A stretch of 63,716 nucleotides of DNA, counting the filler, from Reticulomyxa filosa (lineage: Eukaryota; Protista; Foraminifera): NCBI GenBank assembly GCA_000512085.1. It is 22 parts of 22 records of this genome, joined end to end, with 100 filler letters (N's around TTAATTAATTAA, not from the genome) between each part and the next. Parts side by side here need not be neighbours in the genome. Positions count along the whole stretch, not along the records: positions 21,301 to 33,665 come from ASPP01026154.1; positions 33,766 to 38,539 come from ASPP01025312.1; 20 more parts are not named here. One strand, written 5' to 3'. Of the stretch, positions 25,000-37,820 are shown in pieces. The position numbers were made by a program, and so were the translations under genes. The first letter of the stretch is position 1. Each line of letters opens with the position of its first letter. Under the pieces are notes generated by a model, which worked only from the letters and a program-made list of their open reading frames with translations, was not told the origin of the DNA and made no database searches.

Positions 25000-25999
25000 A
25001 TGCATAAAAGTCAATGAAGAGACACATATAAAAGTTTGTCAAAATTTATTTTAACTTTCATTTTGCAATTTATTCTTAGAAGATTATTTGATTTATTTTT
25101 GTTCAGAATTTTTATACAGAAATACTATGATTCAATTGATATATTTTGTGTCACAAAATACTTTTTAAAACCAATGATAAATTTGGTAAGAATCGACCTT
25201 TTTTAGATACAGTTTCAAATTTTCAAATCAAATAATATTTGATGATGAAAAACCCAAACATGGATATTGCATCTGAAAACAAATCCAAACTTTTCAAGGG
25301 CACTCATATTATCCAATGTAGCAGGATTCACCAGATGAGATGTAACATACAATTCGAATATGGGAGTAGAATCCCGAAGAGATTTAAAGTATTGGAAGGA
25401 CATGAGAATATACGATTGGTAGATATTTTGAAACAAAAAAAAATTGATTGAATATGTTTTTTCATGAAAAATCAATAATCTCTATAAATTGGCATTTTAG
25501 GTAGCAGCTTTTTTTAATTCACTCTAAAATTAATAATTCAACACTTCCTTTGAATTTTGGAAATGGATTGGTTATTATTTTTTAAATTTGGATAATACAT
25601 TTATTCTACAAATCATCAGTATTTAATGCGAATAGGCAAAATATGTAAACCAGTAAAAATTTTGAGAGGACAATAAAGAAAATAAGTGTTGTTTTAGACA
25701 AGTTTTTTTTGTGGACAATTGCATGTTTCATCTGTTGAAAGAATGAATATCATATTCAAAACAAAAGTAATGTGTTTTGTATTACCTGAAACAGATCAAC
25801 AGAAAATATTAAAAAAAGAACAAATAATTTTGAAAAAATATCTTCAACAGACTTTACGTTATTAAAACTCGTGTTGTTGTCGCTTTTATTCTTATGAGAA
25901 CAAAAACAATAAATCTTGTCTTCATGTGTTTGGCTTGAAAAAACAGACCAAAAAAAAATGTGTGAATTCATGAAGGTGCCGTCAAAAGTATTGCAGACT

Positions 26000-27685
26000 G
26001 TACGTATCATTACGTTTCAATCCCAGTCAGTGTTGGGGAATAATAAGCAAATTCAACGAGCTTGGAAGAATCACAAGGGTTTTATGTTCCAAAACCATCT
26101 TCAGTGATTATCAATAATTGATAATCCCAACGCAATTTCGTCATTTGACATTGATTGTTTGTAGAGTTTTTGATATCTCGATTCCATTTCTTGCAAATCA
26201 TCGGTAGTCCACAATTTATACCCACTCCACAACTGCTCATGACCACAATATCCATAGAGAGATGGAGTGGATTCATAATTGCAAGTTGAAGAAAGGGTAT
26301 GGAAATTCACAGAATTATTGTGTTGTTCAAAATTCCAATGTGAATACAACATTGTGAGCCATTCCTTTTCTGAAGTGATTGCCTTTTTACTTGTTACATT
26401 AACCCAAGGTAAACAATAACTTCCCAAATACGTTGAAATAGTCTTTTTTTAAAAAAATATGCATTTTGGTTAACTCAAATTAAACGAACAACAAAAAAAG
26501 TAATGTGTATATACGTCTTATCTACGTATAAACCTAAACAAAAAACGTAACGATAACAACATCCAGCGGAAACTGCTCGTCAAAGCATTCATGTAACATT
26601 AACCAATGACTCTCAATTCCTGAGGACCAAGTTAACGATATGAGTGGGTTGTATTTAAAATATTTGTGTAAATCTTCTTCTCCTTTATTTAAAGCAACCA
26701 ATTCAAACAGCACTTCCCAAGCGCGATGTGCCATATAATACCAATGCTTTTCGGAATGGATTGGTATAAGCAAATGGTCGTATTGCGCTTCTAAGCGTTG
26801 TATCCGTCCAAAATATGTGTACACAGCTACATGGGGAACAATCGCAAAACTTCGAATTACTCGTTTTATTCCCTCTATTTTTTTTGCAAAAAAAAAAAAA
26901 TTAATAAGAATAATGAAAAAACATGCAATCACACAAAATATAGAGTCTCTTTTTTTTTTTTTTTTTTTCCTCTCTCTCTCTCTCACCTATGGGCTGTATT
27001 ATCACGTCGACAACAATTCGATTAATTTTGATTCAGGCACTTTGGGCACAACTCGGGTGAAATCTTGCACAGTCAATTCATGGACACTTTTTTTATCTGC
27101 GGCCTTGGCAATGGTTTGAATGCTAAGGCCCTCCAACTCAAACACAACTGATGCACTGATGTATCGGGAGTCTGTTTGTTCCTGTTTTTGCACATTAATT
27201 CCGGTGCTCTGATAGCTCCAACGATTCCATCTGCACCACAAACAAATAAAAAATTTATTGAAAAAAAAAAAAAAACTAACAAAGTAAATGCTAATGTTAG
27301 TGTATTTACTAAAACACCTGGAAATAGTGGAAGGATAAGAAATACAATTTCGATAACCATATACAGTGCATGCATTAGGTAGGTTGCATCTTCCCGAACG
27401 TGAGTATCTGTAGCGCTCTTGTCGGACATTGATTGTATTTCGTGGAATTCTCGAATTTTTTACTCCATAATCACACTTGTCCTCTGCCTGTTGTTGCAAA
27501 CTTGCTCGTCTTTTTTTCAGTAGCAACCTTTTGTCTTTTTTGTACGTATTCCGGTGACGATGCACTCGCCCTCTTTTTTGTCCATAATCAAGATGACAGT
27601 TTTTAAAATGCTTGTCAATTTTATTGCTTAGGTAAATATTGTTCTTTTGTTTTGTTGCTTTCAAATTGTACGCCTCTTCGTCCAT
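26000..27685 (-). CDS. Hypothetical multi-exon protein with basic N-terminus
   Basis: Coding-like ORF pieces 27002-27685, 26534-26986 and 26082-26427 separated by A/T-run introns; no family recognised; 3' end uncertain. Confidence 0.5.
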
Positions 27686-28373
27686 TCACAATTTTGTTTG
27701 TATCAACGAATCTATATAGTTTCTGGTCGTTTGAATATCTTGTATTTAAAAAAAAAGAAATATTTGCACGAAATTATGTAAGTAAGAAAGCTGAACAGTT
27801 TTACCTAAAAGTTCTTTCTTTTACTTTTTTGAAGTACAATAGAGCTCTTTTTTTTTTGAATGAAAAATCTGCAGGAATGATTGGCAAAAGGATGCTGCAC
27901 ACAATTATTTGGTGTTTAAGTTTAACATAGAAGTACATTTATAGTAAGATGTTTAAACAAACAAAATACGGATGAAAAGAAATAAGTACACGTTATTCTT
28001 TCCTACAATGAATATTCTTTTGTATTATCAATTTTCTGAAAGAATTTGAGTTGTATAGCATCTTTTTAGTTTCTGGTGAACAAAAATTTGAGCGCACTTA
28101 GGAGAACTTGTTAAAATAAAATATCTACATTTTTAAAGCAGAAAACCAATTTCTTCAAATATTGCTGTTATAGAAGAAATGAAAGGACCAACAAAGAATA
28201 AGCAGTTACCATAAATAAATCTTTAAAAAACGAACAGACAAATTTGATTGTTTGCGTAGGTTGCCATCCATTTCAACTGGTAAAATTAATGTGCTGCAAA
28301 TATATCCGGTATGAATAGTGTCAGATAAAGTTTTTCCAAAATTGTAAATAACAAAAATAACAAAAAAAAAAAG

Positions 28374-29440
28374 ATGAAAAAAGAGACAAAAACGTTGTTG
28401 GAATGCTGGCTTCGACCATTATTTATCACTCGAGGATGGATTGAAGAATTCAATCAAATCATTACACAATACGTTTAAGTATTTGATATTGTTACAAAAA
28501 AATCGTAAAAAAAAAAAAAAAAGTTAATAGTAATATGATACAATTATACTAACAGCGAAAAGAGTTTAATGAATTTGCGATTTTCAAAGGACATGTAAGT
28601 GAGGTATCAAGTGTAAAATTTTCTCCAGATGGTCGTACAATTTTGTCATCTTCAACAGACAAAACAGTTCGATTATGGGATATTGCTTCAGGAAAAGAAA
28701 TTAAAAAATTGGAAGGACATACACATTGGGTAACGAGAGCAGAGTTTTCGCCTGATGGTACTCTTATTGCGTCATGTTCAGATGATGAAACGATTCGAAT
28801 ATGGTCTGTGGAATCAGGAAAAGAAATACACATATTAACGGGTCATACCAATAGTGTAACAGCATTAGATTTTTCTCCAGATGGTCAGAGTATTATATCC
28901 GGTTCATCTGATAAAACAATTCGAATTTGGGATGTCAACTCTGGACAAGAAATGAAACAACTAAATGGACATTTAGGTGTTGTTATAAGCTTAAAATTTT
29001 CATCAGACGGAAATCTCATTGCAGTATCTTCTGCAGGCAATGGTATTCAATTGTGGGATGCAAAATCCACTAAATTATTGAAACAATTGCAAGGCCATAC
29101 TAGTGTTGTGAGAGGAGTGCAATTTTCTCCAGATTCTCGTATGGTTATTTCATTTTCACAGGATCAAACAATTCGAATATGGGATGTTGCATCGGGGAGG
29201 CAAATTCAAAAATTACAAGGGCATTTACATCGAATGACAGGTGCACAATATTCAATAGATTGTAAAACTGTGATATCATGCTCATATGATAAAACAATTC
29301 GATTGTGGAATGTAAAATCACAACAAGAAATACAAAAATTAGAAGGACATTTAAGAGCAATTACAGGAGTGGATATTTCACCAAATGGAGACATTGTTGC
29401 ATCGTGTTCGAATGATAGAACCATTAGATTGTGGAGATAG
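28374..29440 (+). CDS. W-W box + 7-bladed WD40 protein (family A)
   Basis: Exon 28374-28472 (LLECWLR...GWIEEFNQIITQY), intron, then 28556-29440 with seven GH..WD repeats. Confidence 0.9.
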
Positions 29441-29580
29441 TGTGAGCAAAAGATATACATAATACATTTTTTAAAAACTTGTTGTTTATAAAAAATGATG
29501 TTTGGAGACTTAAACAAATTTAGTCTGTTTCAGGAAACTGTAGAAGGGGACTGTTTTTTTTATATGAACTAAGTTGTTTT

Positions 29581-30390
29581 TTGAGTTTAGTGCTTAATAA
29601 TAATCCTAATAATCTTTTCAATCAAAGCCAATATGAAATCAGAACTATCACTGATAAATACAAACAAACCAGTTGCCCCTTCTTTACAACTACTAACACA
29701 ACATTGTACCCTTCTCGTCAAAGCCATCAAAGAGATTATCCTAATGACAACGGGTCTGGTTATGTTCGAAAGGGGCGAGGTCGAAGAGTAGGCCTATGTG
29801 GAAGACAAAGAGGATACAACGAAAATACAAATCGATATTATAGTAAAAGATATAACCAACAACGATATGAAAATGAAGTTAGTGAGAGCATAAATCCATA
29901 TCCTTCTAATGAACTGAAACGAGAAAATGAAAATTATAGGAGAAATCATTTCAATCGAGGTCGACAAAGTAATTATAAATATAATCAAAATGATCACCAA
30001 ATGTATCAAAATGATGATAATGTTTCCAATACAAACAAGTTTTCGTATAAAAGCAATAAAAATTGGAAGCATGATCGAGGCTGGATAGATTATTATAATA
30101 ACCCAAATTCGGATTTGTCATATTGTAACTCAAACATTGATTGTTGCGACAATGGAAACAGTAATGGCTTTGAATATAGCATTGGTAACGCTATTCCAGG
30201 GTACCTTTTGCACAACAACATACAGTATTTGCATAACAGTACGTGGAATTCTAAATTAATTCCATATATCCTTTCACCATTTGAAATTACCAATTGTAAT
30301 TCCTATGAGGACAAACCACATCCAATACATCCGGTACTTAGTAGCTGTAATGTAATAAAGCAGACTATATTCACTACTACTTTAACATAA
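29581..30390 (+). CDS. N/Y/R-rich low-complexity ORF, probably a 5' exon of the downstream WD40 gene
   Basis: 269-codon open frame; candidate donor AAT|GTAATA ~30352 is in phase with the acceptor at 30403. Confidence 0.45.
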   Translation: MSLVLNNNPNNLFNQSQYEIRTITDKYKQTSCPFFTTTNTTLYPSRQSHQRDYPNDNGSGYVRKGRGRRVGLCGRQRGYNENTNRYYSKRYNQQRYENEVSESINPYPSNELKRENENYRRNHFNRGRQSNYKYNQNDHQMYQNDDNVSNTNKFSYKSNKNWKHDRGWIDYYNNPNSDLSYCNSNIDCCDNGNSNGFEYSIGNAIPGYLLHNNIQYLHNSTWNSKLIPYILSPFEITNCNSYEDKPHPIHPVLSSCNVIKQTIFTTTLT

Positions 30391-30403
30391 ATAAAATAAA
30401 CAG

Positions 30404-31480
30404 ATTGAAAAAAAGATAAATTTAATTACAGGACATTGGACTCGTTCTTCGTCAATTCCATTAGGATGGATCGACGAGTTCAACAAAATTATAACACAAT
30501 ATGTTCAGCAACTTTGCATTTATTTTTTTTTATTTATTTATTTTTTTTTTTATTATTATTTTGTTCATTTAAAATAATTGAGGAATATTAAACAGGCCAA
30601 GTATTTTGTAAAATTAAGAAATTTTCAATGCCACGATGGTCAAGCAACAAATGTAAAATTTTCACCAGATGCCAGTAAAATAGCATCTGCATTTTATTTT
30701 AACACTATTCAAATATTAAATATCTGTGGAAATGTATTACATAAATTAGAAGGACATTTATCTATGGTTTGTGATGCACAATTTTCACCTGATGGAAATA
30801 TTGTTGTATCATCTTCACACGATAAAACAATTCGATTATGGGATCTGAAATCAGGAACACAGATTACAAAATTGAAAGGACATACAAATACAGTATCTAG
30901 AGCACAATTTTCACCAGATGGTAATTTTATTGTATCTAGTTCATGGGATAATACAATTCGATTATGGGATATAAAATCCGGACAAGAATTAAACAAATTG
31001 GAAGGACATTCAAATTGGGTAAATGATGTACAATTTTCAAAAAATGGTCAAACACTTGTATCAGCATCAAATGATGACACAATTGCAGTTTGGAATGTAG
31101 GGTCTGGTGAAAGAATACATCGATTAAAAGGACATTCTGATGTTGTACTAAGAGCACAATTTTCACCAGATGATAACTATGTTGTATCTTGTTCATATGA
31201 CAATACAGTACGAATATGGAATGTAAATACCAGAAAAGAATTTAAAAAATTGGAAGGACATTTAGATTTGATAACAGATGTAAAATATTCGCCAGATGGA
31301 CAAACTATTGTGACTTCTTCATGTGATAAAACAATTCGACTTTGGGATGTGAAATCAGGAAGAGAATTACAAGTAATGAAAGGACATTACAGTACTGTAA
31401 CGGGAATAGATATTTCACCAAATGGTAGTACAATAGTGTCATGTGACAACAATGGAACAATCCGATTATGGGTGATATGA
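30404..31480 (+). CDS. W-W box + 7-bladed WD40 protein (family A)
   Basis: Exon 30404-30502 (GHWTR...GWIDEFNKIITQY); exon 30596-31480 with canonical WD40 repeats. Confidence 0.9.
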
Positions 31481-31698
31481 TTTTCCACACAAATAAAACA
31501 CTTTCTTTTGATAGAGTTGAGGAAATTAGAGTTAATTGAAAGCAAAGGATAAAGTTGTGATTGATTTAAAAACGCCTCAACAAAAGGAAAAGTTCTTATA
31601 GAAATATGACTGATTTTTCAAAAATCAACAAAAGGTATTTGACAATTCCATTCAACTTTTTTTTTTGTTGTTTTTCTAAATAACAATAAAAAGACATT

Positions 31699-32599
31699 TC
31701 AATCCTTAAAAGAATCAAACCATATGTTATAAACAGCAAATTGAAATAAAAATTGTATATTGATATTATCTTTGGCTGAAGTTTCAACATAACAAATATT
31801 TTTTTGTTTGCACAAATTAATAATATAATCAAAATTAGTGTTATCATTTTCGAAATTATCTCTTAAATCACCTTTCAATCCGACAATAATTACGGTCACT
31901 TGTTTGTGCTCGAATCTTTTCAAATACTTCTCAACTGTTTTGTTTGATGAGTTTGCTTCACATAAATTATATCCAATGACAAGACAGTAACCTCATCGAT
32001 AGGATTTTCTCTCAATGGAATAAATTCTTCCATTTCTGCAGTATCCAAAATATCAATGGAACAGTCATTATTTTTATCCAATTGAATCTGTATTCGAAAT
32101 AGTTCTTCAATCGTTGGATCACAGCTACCTACAAATTTACCTGTTGCCATTCGATACGCTAAATTTGACTTGCCACAACCTGGTTCCCCCACTATTGTTA
32201 TTGTATATATTGCTTTTTGCCTATTCTCATTTTATTTTATTTGTTTTTTTAAAATTACTTGGAGTATGGCCATAATGCTAAACAAAATATTCGTCCAAAA
32301 TAGTTGAATAAACTTAACCAGTCGGCAGATATTGGATAATTTGTTGAGAGTGAATTATCGAGATTCATATCACAAAGATCTGGACGCGTCAGACGATAAT
32401 ACATGCGAAAGTTGTCATGTTCACCAAGTAATGACAAAAAAATGGTCAATACGTCTTGTAAGCGATAACGAGAAAATGCTTGTTCAATTTCCTTTATATG
32501 TTCCTTTGTCAATTTCCAACCTGTTGAAAAGCTCTGTAATTTTAAAGGGAAATGCTTTTTCCTTCGTTTCTCGACAGAGTTTGAAGTATTATTGCCCAT
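31699..32599 (-). CDS. Atypical Ras-family GTPase with N-terminal extension (frameshift ~31992)
   Basis: G1 GEPGCGKS, G2 DPTIEE, G3 DILDTAE, G4 VGLKGD, G5 ETSAK. Exon 1 begins MGNNTS and splices AA|G into QKAIYTITIVG. Confidence 0.8.
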
Positions 32600-33289
32600 T
32601 ACCTTTCTTGTCCCTTTTCAATCAAAAAATACAACAAATAATAAGTCAAAACGTATGCTAAGCCATCAAATAAAATAAATTTCTTTTTTTAATTTCATTC
32701 CTAAAGCAAATTTGTTTTTTGTGTGATTTGTTATAATGCAAATTGCACAACTATGCTAATGGCCTATCTTTTGAGTTTTTTTTATTTTGAGTTAGCTGAA
32801 CATCAAGTAAAAAATCGAAGTCAAGACAAAATATCAAATCATGCAGTTAGTGTTTTCCTTGGGAATTTTTAAAAAAGTCTCCTTTCCATCGACTGCATGC
32901 TTAATGTGATATACTTGAAGAAATAAATTGACGTCAAAGAGCCATGTGGACAAATGGGAGTCGCTTTGAAAGATTAAAGTCGCTAAATTCACTGACATTT
33001 CTAAATATCAGTACGAAAGATTTAGAATATTCATCCAAAGCTAATAACTTCAGAACGAAAAATCAGTTTTTAATCTCTAAGCCTAAAAAATAATTTTTTG
33101 AATTTTTACAAATATACATTTAAATATATTATATATAAATGTAGTTATAAAAAAAAGATTTATGATTTTGCTTTAATGCATACAGTATAATGCAAAGTAA
33201 AGTTAACACCTAAAACGACAACTTATAGAGATGATTGATTTTCTACATGAAAAAACAACATTCAGACTGTTTCTTTGTCATTTTTTTTT

Positions 33290-33470
33290 CCATTTTAATT
33301 TAAATTGTTTCCTGAGTTCTTCTTTTGATCAGAATGGTACATTTTTGAATACTTTTGTTTTCAATATCAACATCTTGCTGAAATATACAATTTTCATTAT
33401 TTTCTAAACACCAATTAATGCTTTTTGAGCATTTCGTCAACTAGAATTTCTTTGCAAATATATGCAGATA
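33290..33470. repeat. Dispersed repeat, copy 1 (partner 34222-34503)
   Basis: Collinear similarity: AAATTGTTTCC.GAGTTCTTCTT..GATCAGAATG...ATCTTGCTGAAATAT...AATTAATGCTTTT...AAATATATGCA. Confidence 0.8.
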
Positions 33471-33765
33471 AACTTCAGCTTCGTTTACGCACATTCATGA
33501 CTTACACGAAATTGTTTTGCAACTTTGCGCAAACTCCAGCACTGACGAAACAGCTTGTGGGACTTGTGAGAACACTAAGTGTAATACGAAAGGAACTTGG
33601 TTCCAAAAGAACAACTTCGGTAAAAGAAAGTAAATTAAAAAAGGAATAATGACAACTAAAAAGGANNNNNNNNNNNNNNNNNNNNNNNNNNNNNNNNNNN
33701 NNNNNNNNNTTAATTAATTAANNNNNNNNNNNNNNNNNNNNNNNNNNNNNNNNNNNNNNNNNNNN

Positions 33766-33897
33766 GATAAAGAAGATAATGGAATATTTTGTCTTAAATT
33801 TATTGGATTAAAAGAGAAAGATAATACAAAAAATGTTACGTATGATTTGAATTTGTGTTATGGTTTACGCAATGGTCTTATTCGTATTTGGGGATAA
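33766..33897 (+). CDS. 3' end of a family-B WD40 gene
   Basis: DKEDNGIFCLKF...LNLCYG...IRIWG*, as at the end of 24655-24999. Confidence 0.85.
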   Translation, partial: DKEDNGIFCLKFIGLKEKDNTKNVTYDLNLCYGLRNGLIRIWG

Positions 33898-34221
33898 TTT
33901 ACTTTTTTGCCGAATAAGAAATGAAAGTTTTGTTTGAAAAGTTTGATAAAAGAAAAAGTAGTGTATATTAAACTTGTTTGATTCGGTTGAATGCAAGTAT
34001 TGAAAGATTTGTTTTATCTTACTTTGTTTGAAAATTTAAAAAGTTGCAGTCAATGTTTTTTAAAATTCAAAAGCATAAGAATTGATTTTTTTTTTGGGTA
34101 AGATTTGTTTTTAATGAAAATTACAATTTGGTTAAATCATTTTTTGCATTGTATACTGCTTGTATTTTCTCTAATATTAATTTTGTTAAATTTATTCATG
34201 TCTATTTGTTATTTTTTTTAC

Positions 34222-34503
34222 ATTCTAATTCAAATTGTTTCCAGAGTTCTTCTTCGATCAGAATGATCCATTTTTGAATATTTTCGTTTTCACTATCCAC
34301 AACATATTTTCGATTTGGTTCAGGTCTGGAGAATTTGGAGTGAAATTCAATACTTTGATAGCATTTGTTCAAACTATTTTTTTGCTATAATTCTGTGGCT
34401 GGTGGCATTATCTTGCTGAAATATTTAATTTTCATTATCTTCTAAACCTTAATTAATGCTTTTGGGCATTTCATCAACTAAAATTTCTTTGTAAATATAT
34501 GCA
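34222..34503. repeat. Dispersed repeat, copy 2 (extra ~110-nt internal segment)
   Basis: Matches 33290-33470 on a different contig, with additional sequence at ~34300-34409. Confidence 0.8.
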
Positions 34504-35345
34504 TTTACATCAATTAGTGTTACATGCATAAACAAAAAATAATGTCCTTTTAAATGGATGTCTAATAATTTATAATTTAAGAAACAAGAGAAAGAAGGAA
34601 GGACTTGACAATGAAACATATTAGTGTCAAAATATAATGAATTCATCTCTTATTATTTTCTTTGAAATCTTTAATAAGTCTTAAAAATTTAGACTTATAA
34701 AATCAATAAAAATGAACTTGTTCTGTTGGCAATAAATGTTTCATGCTATCAGTTGCAAACTCAAATAGGACAGTGATCTTTATTATCAACTATCAAATTT
34801 ATTACATTACTTGATGAGATTGATTTCATATTCATCAAACAATTTACTACACTGCAGCTCCAATCTTTAGTCAAATGAGCATTTGTGTTTAAATTCATTG
34901 GTGACGATGTAATTCCAATAAATTGTCAATTCCTTGTAAAACTATTAACAATCCAAAGCCTCTTACCTATTTGAAAAGGTAAATTCATAATTACCAATTA
35001 TTTATGCGCAAAAAAACATTTCTTAACATATTTCATAATAATATTGTTAGAATCATTGATCAATCCTAATCTTCTTTAAAATTCGAATTCAATGTTTAAC
35101 AAAAACTTCAAAGTGTAGAGGGCCCTAGTAGGGAAGTTGGGTCTGAACTTAGAAATACCTTTTTTCCCAAACTTATTTGGTTACTTTTATTTACTTTCTT
35201 TTGTTTGGTGCTTTTCTGTTTTATTTTCTTTATTTATCTCTTGTTACAGTTTGCTCGAAGGGTGGTCATCCTTAAAAAAAAGTTCAAACATTTTTTCATC
35301 TTACATCTGAGACGTTATTAATAAGAAAGCAAAAGAGATTGGAAG

Positions 35346-36731
35346 ATGATCACCAGCGACAATGAAAAACAGTCTTCAATGCAGCTCTCATTTGTACGCA
35401 TCAACTAAGTCTTTTCGAAAACTAGCTACTTTATGTTTTATTGTGTTCATTGTATTAATTTGTGATTGAATTAGTTGAAAAATAAAGAAGAAGAGATCCA
35501 AATAATTATTCAACATTGGATTCGAACATTAAATATTAAATTAGGGTGGATCAAAGATTTTGACAAACTTGTTGTCAATTATGTTATGTCTTTTTTATTT
35601 TTCATTAAAACATTAATAAAATGTATAATATTATTTTGTTATCATTTTTTAACGCAGACAACCACGGTCTTTATGCTTGACACGTTTTCTTCATCGTCCA
35701 AACTACTCAAAACATTCACTGGGCACTCTGCTCGTGTGTACAGTATTGATTGTACAACATTTGATAATATGCATTTTCTTTGTTCTGGATCAACAGATAA
35801 TACAGTTCGTGTATGGGATATCGAAAACAACAAACAAATTCAATCATTTAATGGACATGAAGATTGTACATATTGTGTGAAATTTTCGCCATATCATCAC
35901 TATAATCACAGTCGCAATGTCATTTGTTTTTCATCAGATGATAAAACCATCCGTTTTTGGCATATCAAAGATAATCAACAATTGAAAATATATAATGAAC
36001 GCTCCACCTGGATTGGTGGAATTGAATTTTCACCATTTAATAGTGGTAGATATTTGTGTTTTGGATCTGGTGACAAAACAATCTGTTTATGGGATGTTGA
36101 AACGTCCAAGTCATTACATTCTTTCAATGGACATAAAAATGGTGTTTGGTGTGTGAATATTTCACCATTACAAAGTAATAACAATAATGATAATAAAAGT
36201 AATATGATTGGTGTGATTGGTGGAAATGGATATACAATTTGTTCTGGGTCATGTGATAAAACCATTCGAATATGGGATATTGAAACAACCAAACAACTCA
36301 ATGTATTCAATGGACATACAGAATATGTGATGAGTGTAAAATATGGCTCAAATGAATTAGTAAATACAATATTATCTGGATCAAATGATACAAGTGTTTG
36401 TTTGTGGGATATTCGATCTGGTCAACAAATTCAAGAGTTCAATGGACACACGATGCCAGTCAAAGTTGTTGAATATTCACCATTTGTAGTAAATAATACC
36501 GAAGCTGGTGGTAGTTCAAATATTGTATGTTCTGGATCAGAAGATAATACAATTCGATTTTGGGATGTTCGATCAAATAAGAAGGAATTGTATACAATCA
36601 ATGGAGATAATAAAAGAGATTGTGGGATATCTTGTTTTAAATTTCTACAATTCAAAAAGAAAAACAGAAGCAATTATTGCACTAATTTGTTTTATGGTTC
36701 ACAAAGGGGATGCATTTGTATTTGGGGATAG
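35346..36731 (+). CDS. W-W box + WD40 protein (family B)
   Basis: Short exon 1, box exon 35475-35582 (IQHWIRTLNIKLGWIKDFDKLVVNY), then a propeller highly similar to that of 23774-24999. Confidence 0.9.
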
Positions 36732-37820
36732 TGTAATTTTCCACAAAAAAACTTTGATTGCTTGATTCTTTTAAAAGAATTAAAAATAATTTCGCTCAAT
36801 TAATTAATATATTTCTGCCTCTCATTAAACATTCAAAGAATACAAAATGGAATTTTAGTCATTGCGACACAGCGAAATTCAACACAAATTCCATTTAAAA
36901 ACTACAATACGAATTTCAATATTTAAGAAACAACAAAAACAATTTAAATTGTAATAGTATTAAAAATCAAATACAATTGAAAAAGGTAATAAAATTCAAA
37001 ATAAATTTTGTGATATTGCTTAAAAAAAAAATTATGTTTAATGTTTTTTTTTCATTGAGAAAATCGATAATCTTCATAAAATGGAATTTCAGGTTTATGC
37101 AAAAAAAAAGCAGTTACAACAGGGAACAGTTTCTCAACAATTTACTTGGGAAAAACTTTGTTTCAAGGATCACCTTCGTTTGTCATATTTGTTCAAATTT
37201 ATTCCACAAAGATTAAATCATTTATGATGTAATTGAGTTAACTCAAACAAACGTTTTTAATTATAAACCAGAACGTGTCTTTTTGTAAAAAAAAAACGTT
37301 AAAGCACCCATCACTGTCACAACATGGCACGTCATCTCAACACACATTTTCCACTTACCACACACTATTACACTCACAATTAACACCAGGAACATCTTAC
37401 ATTTGCAGTGAACTAATTTGGTAATATTTAATAGTTTTACCAAGGGGGACTCAAACCTTTTTAAGGAACGCCAGCATTTTTTAGTCTTTTCATAAAAATT
37501 GCAGCATTATATTTCTAGAGATTTGGATATTGTAACGAATTAAACTCTTTTTTGAAAAAGAGCTCAACTGAAAATATTGTAATGATATTGTCAAGAGTAC
37601 ATATTCTTTATAAACTTGACACAATTGTATGTCGTCTAGTGAAACATTTATACTTTTAGTCCAAACCAATTCCTTAAATTGGTAAATAATATTCACAAAT
37701 AGAAACAATAGATATGATTCGATTTAATTTTGCATTAACCATTTGTGGTCTTTAAACAAAAATTCAGCGTTTTTTTAATCTTGCGTCATCCAAGATCATC
37801 TCAAGAAAAAAAACAAAACA

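Noticed and set aside
21662-36673. Antisense ORFs over WD40 genes (e.g. 24202-24645, 35975-36310)
   Set aside because: Mirror frames of conserved repeat codons; no independent coding signal.
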